From an uncultured Chloroflexia bacterium (lineage in GTDB: Bacteria; Chloroflexota; Anaerolineae; B4-G1; SLSP01), in NCBI GenBank assembly GCA_963751345.1, contig CAVVUS010000001.1:1-64000 (forward strand): a DNA stretch of 64,000 bases. The letters are read 5' to 3'. This document shows, piece by piece, positions 53,632 through 64,000 of this stretch (positions within the stretch are counted from its first letter, which is position 1; each line of letters starts with the position of its first letter). Below the pieces are notes generated by a model. The model saw only the letters and a program-made list of their open reading frames with translations. It ran no database searches and had not been told where the DNA came from. Position numbers and translations under genes: made by a program.

Positions 53632-55066
53632 ATGACGAACAGATATCAAGACGACCGCGCTGGATTGGATCAACGACAACGCATCGCTGATCGTCGACAT
53701 GCACCAACAGGCGTGGGACCTGGCGGAGGTCGGCCTGCTGGAGACAAAGACAAGCCAGCTTCTCGTCGACATCCTCGAGGCCAACGGATTCACCGTTGAA
53801 CGAGGTGTCGCCGGGATGCCCACGGCCTTCGTGGCGACCTATGGATCGGGTAGTCCCGTGATCGGCCTGATGGCCGAGCTCGATGCTCTGCCGGAGCTCT
53901 CCCAGGAGGCCGTCCCGTATCGCAAACCCCGGAAGGAGGGCGCTGCGGGACACGGCTGCGGTCACTGCGGCTATGCCGCGACGGCAGTGGGCGCCGCGAT
54001 CGCGGTCAAGAAAGCCATTGAGGCGCACGGCCTCGGCGGGACCGTCAAGTGCTTCGGATGCCCGGCGGAGGAGACACTTGTCGGCAAGGTCTTCATGGTG
54101 CGCGATGGCGTCTTCGACGGCCTTGACGCGTGTCTGGGCCACCACCCGAGCGGCACAAATACCGTCTCGATGGGAAGCAGCAACGCGATGAACTCGGTGA
54201 AGTTCGAGTTCTTCGGCAAAGCCAGCCACGCCGCCGGCTCGCCCGACAAGGGCATCAGCGCGCTGGACGCGGTCGAGCTGATGAACGTTGGCGTCAACTA
54301 CATGCGCGAGCACGTCATCCAGGAGACGCGGATGCACTACGTCATTGAGGAGGGCGGCCACGAGCCCAACGTCGTCCCGGCCTACGCCCGGAGCTGGTAC
54401 TACGTCCGCGCCCCGGAGCGCGACCTGGTCGACAAGTACTACGAGTGGGTGCTGCGGATCGCCGACGGCGCCGACCTCATGGCCGGGACGACGCACAAGG
54501 TGCGCTTCCTGACCGGTGCGCACCAGACAATCCCGAATCGCCCGCTGGCGGAGTTGGTCGTCGCTAACATGCGCGAGGTCGGCGCGCCGAGCTATACCGA
54601 GGAGGAACTGGCCTTCGCCGCGGAATTGGGCAAGAGCGTGGACAGCCAGGAGAAGCTCGCCGGGCTGCGGCAGAGCATCCTGCCGGATGCCTTGGAGCTT
54701 CTCGATGTCGACATCAACACCCGCATCTACGACCCCTTCGGCGAGGAGCGCAAGGGGGGCGGGGGGTCGACCGACGTCGCCGAGGTCTCTTGGATCACGC
54801 CGACGGTCGAGTTCGGGACCGCCTGCTTCGTCGTCGGCACGCCGGGACACTCGTGGCAGAACACCGCCGTCTCCGGCACGTCGATCGGCCACAAGTCGAC
54901 ACTCTTCGCAGCCAAGACGATGGCCACGACCACGCTTGATCTTCTGACGCAGCCGGAGACACTTGAAAGCGTCCGTAAGGATTGGGAGCAGCGAATGGAA
55001 GGCCGCACCTATCAGAATCCGCTGCCACCCGACCTCAAGCCGCCGCTGGATCAGTTCGAGTCCTAG
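53632..55066 (+). CDS. M20 amidohydrolase, p-aminobenzoyl-glutamate hydrolase subunit B-like; frameshift near 53638
   Basis: AELDALPELSQ, GHGCGH, GCPAEE, SHAAGSP, SALDAVELM, PNVVP, GGSTDV, PGHSWQ. Confidence 0.85.
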
Positions 55067-55087
55067 CATAGAGGAGTCAGCAGGATA

Positions 55088-55936
55088 ATGCCAGACGACA
55101 AGCCGCAAACGCTGCCACAGATCGCTTTTGGCGAGGTTGAGCTTTCCCGACTCATCCTCGGCGCCAACCCGATCAACGGAGGGTCGCACCTCTCTCGCTT
55201 CGTGAACCACCAGATGCGGCGGTACTTCACGCCGGAGCGCATTCAGGCTACGCTCGCGCAATGCCAGGCCCAGGGCATCAATACGTGGCAGTCCGGGCCC
55301 GGTGGCAATCTGGAGGCGTACAATACGTATCGCCAAGCAGGGGGTGAGATGCACTACATCGCTCTGGCATCCGAATCACCGGAGTACCCGGAGGTGCTCA
55401 GGGATCTCGTGGACGGGGGCACCCTCGGCATCGCCCATCACGGTGAGGTCACCGACGTCTTCTGGCGCCAAGGGGAGATGGCAAGGGTACGCGAGTTCTG
55501 TCTGAAGATCAGGGACTCCGGCGCGATGGTTGGCATCTCGACGCACATACCTGACGTGGTCGATTACGTCGAATCCGAGGGGTGGGATGTTGATTTCTTC
55601 ATGTGTTGCGTCTACGAACGCCACCGTACCCGCGAGCAACTACTGGAACTGCTCGGGCACGTTCCGCTGCCGCTCAAGGAGGTCTACCTGGAGAGTGATC
55701 CGCCCCGGATGTACAAGGCAATGCGCGGCACGGACAAGCCCTGCCTTGCTTTCAAGATCCTCGCTGCCGGACGGCTATGTGATCAGCAGGAACTTGTCGA
55801 GGCTGCTTTTGAGCAGGCCTTCAGAGAGATGAAACCCAACGATGCTGTCATCGTGGGGATGTACCCGGAATACGAGGACCAAGTCGCGATCAACGCGGAA
55901 TACGTGCGACGTTTCAGCGCGCTCAGCGGCGCGTAA
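55088..55936 (+). CDS. Conserved hypothetical aldo/keto-reductase-like TIM-barrel protein
   Basis: SRLILGANPINGGSH, HHGE, GISTH, AFKILAAGR, VIVGMYP. Confidence 0.6.
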   Translation: MPDDKPQTLPQIAFGEVELSRLILGANPINGGSHLSRFVNHQMRRYFTPERIQATLAQCQAQGINTWQSGPGGNLEAYNTYRQAGGEMHYIALASESPEYPEVLRDLVDGGTLGIAHHGEVTDVFWRQGEMARVREFCLKIRDSGAMVGISTHIPDVVDYVESEGWDVDFFMCCVYERHRTREQLLELLGHVPLPLKEVYLESDPPRMYKAMRGTDKPCLAFKILAAGRLCDQQELVEAAFEQAFREMKPNDAVIVGMYPEYEDQVAINAEYVRRFSALSGA

Positions 55937-56006
55937 TATTGACCCTCCGGGTTGCTCACAAGCTGCCCGGAAGGTAGGATCTCTCACTTAGAAAGGAAAC
56001 CACACG

Positions 56007-56969
56007 ATGCATATTCTCATCGGACCTAATAACTTCGGCCTTCAGAATATCGCTGCGACACTTGTAGCGGGCTATCCGGACGTGACCGTCGCCACCTGCG
56101 ACAGTCGTGAGGAGATCAGTGAGGCCATCGCCAACGCTGACGTCTACTTCGGGTGGTTGAGTCGAGAGAACTTCCTGGCAGCGAAGAAACTGCGCTGGAT
56201 CCAGTCGATGAGTACCGGCGTAGATGGCTTTGTGCGCATCCCGGAGCTTCGGGACAGCGACGTCATCCTGACCAATGCCAGGGGCGTACACGCAGCCTGC
56301 CTGGCCGAGCAGACATTCGCCATGATCTTCGGCTTCACGCGAGGGATGAAGGCATTCCTCGAGCACCAGCAGCGTCACCAGTGGGCAGGGAGGGACGTAC
56401 GCAACGGCCTCGTCGAGTTGACGGGCAGCACGATGGGCATCGTCGGCTATGGGACCGTGGGCCATGCCATCGCCGATCGCGCGCGCGCGTTTGGCATGCG
56501 CGTCGCGGCCGTGGATATCTTGCCCGAGGTGAAGCTCGACCACGGGATCCCGGTCGGCGGGCTGAGCGAGCTACCCGATCTGCTGAGCCAGTCTGACTAC
56601 GTGGTCATTACCGTGCCGTACACAGAGGAGACGCGGATGATGATCGGCGCAGAGCAACTTGCCCTGATGAAGCCCTCAGCGATCCTCGTTGTGATCTCGC
56701 GCGGTGGCCTCATCGATGAAGCTGCATTGGCCGACGCTCTCACGACAGGGCGGCTCAAAGCCGCAGCGCTGGACGTCTTCGAAACGGAGCCGTTACCCGA
56801 GGACAGTCCACTGTGGGACATCGACAACCTGATCATCACACCGCACGCGGCAGGGGGCAGCCAGTTCGAGGCATCAGCCATCCGCGCGATCTTCCTGGAG
56901 AACGTGGACCGCTTTGTCCGAGGCGATTTCCCACTGCGCAACGAGGTCGGCAAGCACCGCGGCTACTAG
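56007..56969 (+). CDS. D-2-hydroxyacid dehydrogenase
   Basis: LTNARG, GIVGYGTVG, SRGGLID, ALDVFETEPL, ITPH. Confidence 0.92.
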   Translation: MHILIGPNNFGLQNIAATLVAGYPDVTVATCDSREEISEAIANADVYFGWLSRENFLAAKKLRWIQSMSTGVDGFVRIPELRDSDVILTNARGVHAACLAEQTFAMIFGFTRGMKAFLEHQQRHQWAGRDVRNGLVELTGSTMGIVGYGTVGHAIADRARAFGMRVAAVDILPEVKLDHGIPVGGLSELPDLLSQSDYVVITVPYTEETRMMIGAEQLALMKPSAILVVISRGGLIDEAALADALTTGRLKAAALDVFETEPLPEDSPLWDIDNLIITPHAAGGSQFEASAIRAIFLENVDRFVRGDFPLRNEVGKHRGY

Positions 56970-56984
56970 CGCATCCCCCTCTGT

Positions 56985-57030
56985 AGTGCCTGGCACTTCC
57001 GCCCCATCTGCAGGGCGAGTGCCAGGCACT
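56985..57030. repeat. Palindromic REP-like pair AGTGCC(T/A)GGCACT
   Basis: agtgcctggcact...agtgccaggcact downstream of the dehydrogenase. Confidence 0.5.
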
Positions 57031-57168
57031 CGGGGACGCATCACCGGCGGCCGCAGTTGTTGTGGTTTCAGGTGCCAGCCACCGCCCGGTTGGCGTCTGT
57101 GTCAAACCAACTGATAATGCTACTGAAGGTCCAAAATGTGTGGCAGAGCCCGGAACGAGAGGTGAGCG

Positions 57169-57765
57169 ATGAGCGATGATACGTTCCTATCCCACGCACC
57201 CGAGCGCTTCCGGCAGGTCGTGAAGCCGCCCGACGTGGTCGTACACCGCCTGGAGGCAAACGGTGATATCCCCAACAACCCGCGCCTGCCGCTGATCGTC
57301 CTCAGGCAGGCCCTGTCGTTGCCGCCCGCCGACCCGGCGGCGACGATTGAGGCCCTCTTCGAACGCAACCATTGGCCGCCGGCGTGGCGCGACAGCGTCT
57401 ACACCTTTCACCACTACCACAGCACGAGCCACGAGGCCCTCGGCGTCTACAGCGGGGAGGCGACCGTCCGATTCGGCGGCGATCCGGGCGTCGACGTGAC
57501 CATACATGCCGGTGACGTCGTCATCATCCCGGCGGGCGTCTCGCACAAACGGCTCTCCTCGAGCCCTGACTTCGCCGTGGTCGGCGCCTATCCCCAGGGG
57601 CTGACCTGGGACATGAACTACGGCAAGCCAGAGGAGCATCCGCGGGTCGATGAGAACATCGCCGCCGTTCCGGATCCGGCGCGCGATCCTGTCTACGGTA
57701 CGGGGGGCCCGCTGGTGTCCGCTGGGGGGCTGACGCTTCGTGAACCGATCGATCCTACACACTGA
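57169..57765 (+). CDS. YjlB-like cupin protein
   Basis: IPNNPRLPL, FHHYHSTSHEALG, GDVVIIPAGVSH, VVGAYP, DPVYG. Confidence 0.85.
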   Translation: MSDDTFLSHAPERFRQVVKPPDVVVHRLEANGDIPNNPRLPLIVLRQALSLPPADPAATIEALFERNHWPPAWRDSVYTFHHYHSTSHEALGVYSGEATVRFGGDPGVDVTIHAGDVVIIPAGVSHKRLSSSPDFAVVGAYPQGLTWDMNYGKPEEHPRVDENIAAVPDPARDPVYGTGGPLVSAGGLTLREPIDPTH

Positions 57766-57789
57766 GACCTCTTGCAAGGAGATTTCACT

Positions 57790-58818
57790 ATGCCCTACCC
57801 TGAACTGACCGATGCCTGGCGACTCCAGCGGCTGGTTCCGCCGATGGGACCGCTCGACCTCGTGCTGGATACCGATACCTACAATGAGGTCGACGACCAG
57901 TTCGCCGTCGTCTATGCCCTGCTCTCACCCGAGAAGATCCGGCTCCAAGCACTCTACGCCGCCCCCTTCTTCAACAACCGGTCCACAGGGCCCGCAGACG
58001 GGATGGAGAGAAGCTACAAGGAGATCCTCCGCCTGCTGGACCGTCTCGACGTCCCTGCCGACGGGCTGGTCCATCGCGGTTCGACACGGTACCTTGGCGG
58101 GCCCGACGATCCGCTGGCGCTCTCGGGCCAAGCTGCGAACTGGAGCTTGCGTGGCTCGGCTCAATCGCTCGGCAATCCCGAGCGTGCGTGCGAGAGCGAG
58201 GCTGCGCTTGACCTGATCGAGCGAGCGATGGCCCGGTCGCCAGACGACGCGCCGCTCTACGTCGCCGCGATCGGCGCGATCACCAACGTCGCCTCGGCGA
58301 TCCTGATGGAGCCCGAGATCATCCGGCGCATCGCGGTCGTCTGGCTGGGCGGGCACGCCTATCATTGGCCCGACACCAGGGAGTTCAACCTGTGGCAGGA
58401 CCCCGACGCAGCGCGTGTGATCTTCGACTGCGGCGTTCCGGTCGTCCAGATCCCGGTGATGGGCGTCTGTTCGCACCTTCACACCACCATGCCGGAGATC
58501 GATGCCTATGTCGCCGGACGGGGCGCGATCGGCGACTATCTTGCCGAGACGGTCCGCAGCTACCACGAGGACCACGCGCGTACGGCCGGACCGTACGCGT
58601 CTGCCTGGTCGAAGGTGATATGGGACATCTCCGCGATCGCCTATCTGCTCGACGCGTCGTGGACGCCGAGTGTGCTCGTGCACAGCCCAATCGTCACGGA
58701 CCAGGGCACCTACAGCTTCGACAACCGGCGCCATCTCATCCGAAGTGCCTATCACGTGGAGCGGGACCCTATCTTCAGAGACCTCTTTCAGAAGCTGGAG
58801 AGACGGAGCCAAGGGTAG
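57790..58818 (+). CDS. Nucleoside hydrolase family protein
   Basis: LDTDTYNEVDDQFA, IGAITNVASA, WLGG, EFNL, WSKVIWD. Confidence 0.88.
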   Translation: MPYPELTDAWRLQRLVPPMGPLDLVLDTDTYNEVDDQFAVVYALLSPEKIRLQALYAAPFFNNRSTGPADGMERSYKEILRLLDRLDVPADGLVHRGSTRYLGGPDDPLALSGQAANWSLRGSAQSLGNPERACESEAALDLIERAMARSPDDAPLYVAAIGAITNVASAILMEPEIIRRIAVVWLGGHAYHWPDTREFNLWQDPDAARVIFDCGVPVVQIPVMGVCSHLHTTMPEIDAYVAGRGAIGDYLAETVRSYHEDHARTAGPYASAWSKVIWDISAIAYLLDASWTPSVLVHSPIVTDQGTYSFDNRRHLIRSAYHVERDPIFRDLFQKLERRSQG

Positions 58819-58846
58819 CCCCGGCACCCTGCCCCGGAGGATTTCT

Positions 58847-59653
58847 ATGACACACTACGCACCATCGCAACCGCACGACCACCGTCCAGCGCCCGGCGAA
58901 CAGGAGGCAGCAGGACGTATCGCAGCAGATCTCCAGCGCCTCGGCGTTCGACCGGGGGGTGTTCTACTGGTACACAGCTCGCTGAGCTCGCTCGGATACG
59001 TCCTCGGCGGCCCCGAGACCGTGATCCGGGGGCTCCTCCAGGCGCTCGGCCCGGAGGGCACGCTCTTGATACCCGCTCTGAGCTATGAGCACGTCACGTC
59101 GAAGGCCCCATTCTTCGATGTGCGGCGAACACCGTCGAACGTAGGCGCCATCCCCGAGGCCTTCCGCAAGCGCGCCGGTACGGGGCGCAGCATTCACCCC
59201 ACACACTCCGTGTGCAGCGTCGGGCCTCGCACCGGGGAACTGCTCGGGGACCACGACCTGGACTCCACGCCCTGCGGCGAACACTCTCCCTTCAGGAAGC
59301 TGCGGGATGTCGGGGGCCAGATTCTTATGCTCGGCTGTGGCCTACGCCCCAACACGTCGATGCACGGCATCGAGGAGCTTTCGGCGCCGCCCTACCTCTT
59401 CGGGCCACAGCTGACTTACGTCCTGACCTATGCCGACGGCCACTCTATCGAGAAGGAATACACGACCCATGGCTTCGACGGCTGGGCGCAGCGCTATGAC
59501 CGCGTCGCCGAGGTACTGGAGACGCCGGCGCTGAAGCACGGCCCTGTGCTCAAGGCGCAAGCTCATCTGATCTACGCGCCGGCGCTCTGGGAGGCTGTTC
59601 ACGCGGCGCTGAAGCGCGATCCGCTGAGATTCGTCGAACGGTATGATGATTGA
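58847..59653 (+). CDS. AAC(3)/YokD-family N-acetyltransferase
   Basis: LLVHSSLSSLG.V.GG, GTLLIP, RSIHPTHS, NTSMHGIEE. Confidence 0.85.
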   Translation: MTHYAPSQPHDHRPAPGEQEAAGRIAADLQRLGVRPGGVLLVHSSLSSLGYVLGGPETVIRGLLQALGPEGTLLIPALSYEHVTSKAPFFDVRRTPSNVGAIPEAFRKRAGTGRSIHPTHSVCSVGPRTGELLGDHDLDSTPCGEHSPFRKLRDVGGQILMLGCGLRPNTSMHGIEELSAPPYLFGPQLTYVLTYADGHSIEKEYTTHGFDGWAQRYDRVAEVLETPALKHGPVLKAQAHLIYAPALWEAVHAALKRDPLRFVERYDD

Positions 59654-59683
59654 CAGATTCTGCCCACTCAGGAGGGACTCACG

Positions 59684-60685
59684 ATGAGCGAACGAGTTCA
59701 AATGGCTATCATCGGCTGTGGCGGTATGGGCCGGAACCACCTGCGCGACATCCTGAAGCAGAGGGACACCACCGAGATCGCGGCAATATGCGACATCTCC
59801 CCGGATTCGGTGTCGGAAGCCGAGAAGATCTTCGTCCAGGCCGGCGTACCGATGCCTCCCGTCGAGCCGGACCTGGATGTCCTCCTGGCAACTTACGATC
59901 TGGATGCGGCCTTCGTTGTGACCCCTCACGCCGTGCACTTCGGCCAGGCGAAAGCTTGCCTGGAAGCTGGTCTCGACGTCTTGCTCGAAAAGCCGATGGT
60001 GATGAACGCCGTGGAGGCTCGCAGCCTCATCGACGTTCGAGACCGGACCGGGAAACTCCTGGTGGTCTCCTTCAACGGTAGCCTTTCTCCCGAGATCCGT
60101 GAGTCGGTGCGGCTGCTCCGCTCCGGGGAACTGGGCAAGATCCTGAGCATCAGCGCCACTGTCTGGCAGAGTTGGGGCCCCGGCACCACCGGCCAGTGGC
60201 GACAGGTCCCGGAGATCTCGGGCGGCGGCTTCATGTTTGACACCGGCGCCCACCTTCTGAACACGGTGGCGGACCTCGCGGGGGAAGAGTTCGTCGAGGT
60301 CGCTGCCTGGACTGATAACTACGGTCGGCCCGTGGAGACGCTGGCGGCCGTGATGGCCCGGCTGGCGTCAGGCGCGTTGGTCACCTTCCACGGATGCGGC
60401 GAGACGGTGAGGAGCTGCCGGTCTGATATCCGTGTGTTCTGTACCGACGCAATTCTCAGGACGGGCGCTTGGGGCCGCTGGCTGGAGATTCAGCGGCAGG
60501 GCGAGCCCGACTTCACGCCCGTCGTGCTCCCCCCTTCGCTAGGCGCGTGGGAGCAGTTCGTGGCAGTGCGCAAGGGGAGCTTCCCTAACCCGTGTCCGCC
60601 TGAAGTGGGGCTGCGAACCGTACGTTTGTATGATGCCATCAAAGCATCGGCGGTGCGCCACGGCGCGCCGGTTCTGTGCAACTAA
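59684..60685 (+). CDS. Gfo/Idh/MocA oxidoreductase
   Basis: [31 protein letters not shown]. Confidence 0.9.
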   Translation: MSERVQMAIIGCGGMGRNHLRDILKQRDTTEIAAICDISPDSVSEAEKIFVQAGVPMPPVEPDLDVLLATYDLDAAFVVTPHAVHFGQAKACLEAGLDVLLEKPMVMNAVEARSLIDVRDRTGKLLVVSFNGSLSPEIRESVRLLRSGELGKILSISATVWQSWGPGTTGQWRQVPEISGGGFMFDTGAHLLNTVADLAGEEFVEVAAWTDNYGRPVETLAAVMARLASGALVTFHGCGETVRSCRSDIRVFCTDAILRTGAWGRWLEIQRQGEPDFTPVVLPPSLGAWEQFVAVRKGSFPNPCPPEVGLRTVRLYDAIKASAVRHGAPVLCN

Positions 60686-60714
60686 CCAAACTCGAATCAC
60701 CCAAGGAGAACGCA

Positions 60715-61372
60715 ATGTCGAATGCAAACAAGAAAGCGCTGATGGTCTGGGGCGGTTGGATGGGGCACGAGCCCGATCTATGTGTCGACGTATTCGCCCC
60801 CTATCTGAGATCCCAGGGCTACGATGTGACGATCTCGGACACACTGGATGCCTACCTCGATACGGACATGCTGATGGCGCTCGACCTGATCGTGCCGGTC
60901 TGGACGATGGGAACGATCACCAACGAGCAGGAGAACGGCCTGCTGCAGGCCGTGAAGAGCGGCGTGGGGATCGCAGGGTGGCACGGCGGGATGGGCGACT
61001 GCGTTCCGCAACAACACTGAATACCAGTTCATGGTCGGCGGGCAATGGGTGGCGCACCCCGGCGGCGTGATCGACTACGAGGTGAATATCACCAAACCCG
61101 ACGATCCTATCGTCGCCGGACTCGGCGACTTCGCGATGCATTCTGAGCAGTACTACATGCACGTGGACCCGTCGAACGAGGTATTGGCGACGACGACCTT
61201 CCACGGCGACTATGCCCCTTGGATCGAGGGCACGGTGATGCCGGTGGCCTGGAAGCGGATGTACGGCAAGGGCCGCGTCTTCTACACCTCACTGGGACAC
61301 GTCGCCAAGGACTTCGAGGCCAAGGAGCCGCTGACGATTATGCAGCGTGGACTGCTCTGGGCCAGCAAGTAG
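60715..61372 (+). CDS. ThuA-like (class I GATase-fold) protein; frameshift near 61000
   Basis: [47 protein letters not shown]. Confidence 0.85.
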
Positions 61373-61383
61373 GGAGGCCACAT

Positions 61384-62490
61384 ATGGAGAAGACCAAAGT
61401 TGGGATCATCGGCTGCGGGAACATCAGCGGCATCTATCTGAAGAACTGCCAGCAGACTTTCGAGATTCTGGAGATCGCGGCGTGTGCGGACCTGATCCCC
61501 GAACGCGCTCAGGCGCAGGCGGAGGCCTATGGCGTTGCTCGTGCTTGCTCGGTGGCGGAACTGCTGGCCGATCCCGAGATCGAGATCGTCATCAACCTCA
61601 CGACACCGCAATCCCACTTTTCCGTAGCGATGCAGGCCGTGCAGGCCGGCAAGTCGGTGCACAACGAGAAACCTCTGGCGTTGACCCGTGACGAGGGCCA
61701 GCGACTGCTCAAAGCCGCAGCCGAGAGGGGCGTCCGCGTGGGCGGTGCCCCGGATACGTTCTTGGGTGGCGGACACCAGACCTGCCGCAAGCTGATCGAC
61801 GACGGCTGGATCGGCGAGCCGATCGGCATGACGGCTTTCATGCTCTGTCACGGGCACGAGAGCTGGCACCCGAGCCCCGCCTTCTATTACCAGATCGGCG
61901 GTGGCCCGATGTTCGATATGGGCCCCTACTACCTCACGGCGCTCGTGAACATGATGGGACCTATCCACCGCGTGTCGGGCGAGGCTGCCGTGACCTTCCC
62001 CCAGCGCACCATCACCAGCAAGCCTCTCTACGGCACCGTCGTCGACGTCGAGACGCCCACACATATCGCCAGCACGCTGCAGTTCGAGAGTGGCGCGGTG
62101 GGCACGATCATCACCAGCTTCGACGTCTGGTCGAGCCAGTTGCCGCCCATCGAGATCTACGGCACCGAGGGCTCACTCGCCGTCCCCGACCCGAACGGCT
62201 TCGGCGGCCCTGTGAGGGTGCGCCGGGCCGGTGACGCGGAATGGCGCGAGGTTCCCCTGAGCCACGGCTACGCGGAGAACAGCCGCGGCATCGGCGTCGC
62301 GGACATGGCCTATGCCCTGCGGTCAGGGCGGCCCCACCGCGCCAGCGGGTCGCTGGCCTATCACGTCCTGGACGTGATGCACGCCACCCTGGATTCGCCG
62401 AGGGAGGGCCGTCATATCGAGGTCGAGAGCACCTGCGAGCGACCGGCTGCGCTCCCGATGGGGCTGCGCCACGGCTTGCTCGACGACTGA
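61384..62490 (+). CDS. Gfo/Idh/MocA oxidoreductase
   Basis: [40 protein letters not shown]. Confidence 0.92.
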   Translation: MEKTKVGIIGCGNISGIYLKNCQQTFEILEIAACADLIPERAQAQAEAYGVARACSVAELLADPEIEIVINLTTPQSHFSVAMQAVQAGKSVHNEKPLALTRDEGQRLLKAAAERGVRVGGAPDTFLGGGHQTCRKLIDDGWIGEPIGMTAFMLCHGHESWHPSPAFYYQIGGGPMFDMGPYYLTALVNMMGPIHRVSGEAAVTFPQRTITSKPLYGTVVDVETPTHIASTLQFESGAVGTIITSFDVWSSQLPPIEIYGTEGSLAVPDPNGFGGPVRVRRAGDAEWREVPLSHGYAENSRGIGVADMAYALRSGRPHRASGSLAYHVLDVMHATLDSPREGRHIEVESTCERPAALPMGLRHGLLDD

Positions 62491-62618
62491 AGCTCGGGTG
62501 CGCCGCGCCGGTTCCTCCCCAGGTGGGAGGACTCGGACGCGGCAAAGACCCCTTCTTGCTGTTCCCCTCTATGAACGTGGAGGGAAAAGCCACCGGAAGG
62601 GGCGAGGCAGAAACGACA

Positions 62619-62650
62619 CAGAAGCCCTTCCCTGCGGGGAAGGGCTTCTG
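62619..62650. terminator. Perfect 14-bp hairpin between convergent genes
   Basis: cagaagcccttccc-tgcg-gggaagggcttctg. Confidence 0.65.
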
Positions 62651-62687
62651 CTATGTGATGTCTGCATCGAACAGATGATGCTGCGTA

Positions 62688-63930
62688 TCACCCGTGGCGT
62701 ACCGCCGTATATGCTGATTCCAGGTTGTCGATATACGCATCCATCGAGAGCGGCGGCGTGACGCCTGTCTTGAGTCGGGCGCGCAGCTCGGGAGAGGCCA
62801 CAAATCGAGCCATCGCGCTACGCCACGCGGACTACGTCTCCCGGCGACACCAAGAGACCGTCGACCCCATCGGTGACCGCATCGGCCATGACACCGTGAT
62901 CCGATGCCAGCACCGGAACGCCCATGGCAAAGGCCTCGTGCGTGAGCATCGAGAACGTCTCGTACCACAGCGATGGTACAACCACGGCATCGGCTGCCGC
63001 CATCGTCTCCCAGACGGCCGGACGATCCAAGCGTCCGGCGAATCGGATCCCCGGGTGACGGGCTAACGTCCGCAGCTCAGCGACGTAGTCAGGGTACTGC
63101 GATTCGTCCCCGGCGATGATGAGCTCAGCCTCGGCGGGCAGGGCGTTGAAGGCTTCAATCACGACGTGTACACCCTTCTGCCAGGCAAGGCCGCCGAGGT
63201 AGACGAACCGGACGTGTCCGTCATCTGCGCGGCGACCGACAGGCGGAGATTCGGGGCGCGGGATGCCGCGGGGCACGTAGTGCAGCCTGTCGGCAGGGGC
63301 ACCGTGTTGGGAGAACCAACGGCGGACGAACTCCGTGTAGGTCAGGAGCGCGTCCGCACGCGCCATCACGCCGCGCAGGATGCGGTTGCGTGCAGCCATG
63401 AGTGGGGCCAGCACAGGAGCTCCGGCAAGGGCGGACCTCATCCCCGCACGCACGAGCGCGCAGCGGGCGCAATGAAGCGGGGCCCCTGGCGTCGTGCACA
63501 GATTACCGGTGGTATAGTCGATCAACTGAGCGTTAGGACAGACGAACCAGAAATCGCGTAACGAGATCAGAGCCGGGCGCCCCTGCGCCCGCACCCAACC
63601 GACCAGATCGGCGGGAAGTCCGCGAAGATGCTGGAAGTGCACCAGATCGGGCTCGATCTCGGCGAAGATCTGACGAAAGCTACGCGTGATCTGCCGGTGG
63701 CCGAACGTCGCAGCGAACAAGGACATAGGCGTCATCGCCCCGGCCTGGATCCGGTAGACGGGAACACCCTCACGCATCACACGATGAACGCCCGGTGCCC
63801 CCACTGCACGATGAACGATCGTCACCTCGTGTCCGCGGGCGCGCATGCGCGAGCCCACTTCCCAGGTATCGAGCTCGGTGCCGCCGACAAAGTCGGGCAT
63901 GAACTGGTGGACGACATACAGGATCTTCAC
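62688..63930 (-). CDS. GT4 family glycosyltransferase; frameshift near 62830
   Basis: KILYVVHQF.P...GGTE, PDLVHFQH, DFWFVCP, KGVH, VPSLWYETFS...EAF..GVPV. Confidence 0.88.
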
Positions 63931-64000
63931 GCTTGCCGCTCCCCCAGCGCCAGATAGAGGTCGCGGATCGCAGGGTATTTGCGCGCCCAAGTGTGCTGAC

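Noticed and set aside
53630-55354. 574-aa minus-strand ORF
   Set aside because: Antisense shadow of the M20 amidohydrolase.
58847-59653. Acquired aminoglycoside resistance gene
   Set aside because: The AAC(3)/YokD fold is widespread; there is no mobile context, and it sits within a metabolic gene run.

Overview
High-GC bacterial chromosomal DNA, most likely an Anaerolineae-type Chloroflexota genome. That assignment is inferred from the large ArnT/GT39-like membrane glycosyltransferase with its typical C-terminal domain, the tal-pgi fusion and the style of the intergenic repeats. About 55 genes are present. (i) A large set of carbohydrate and acid-sugar scavenging enzymes: four mandelate-racemase/enolase-superfamily dehydratases, a DapA-like aldolase, an epimerase, a split UxaA, GH20-like, GH39 and GHL6-like hydrolases, two Cys-type sulfatases and two Gfo/Idh/MocA oxidoreductases. 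(ii) A complete A/V-type ATP synthase operon (G-C-I-K-F-E-A-B-D) followed by a Usp gene and a split purH. (iii) A regulatory/stress cluster (response regulator, HPP protein, DksA/TraR, group-2-like sigma70) that converges on the most notable locus. That locus is a Family 1 encapsulin with a shortened E-loop, plus a tandem two-domain bacterioferritin-like cargo ending in the targeting peptide LTVGSLK. About 18 genes, including housekeeping ones, carry single-base frameshifts, which points to uncorrected long-read indel errors rather than real pseudogenes. No rRNA, tRNA, CRISPR array, integrase or transposase was recognised. All family assignments come from motif recognition by eye; no database searches were run.
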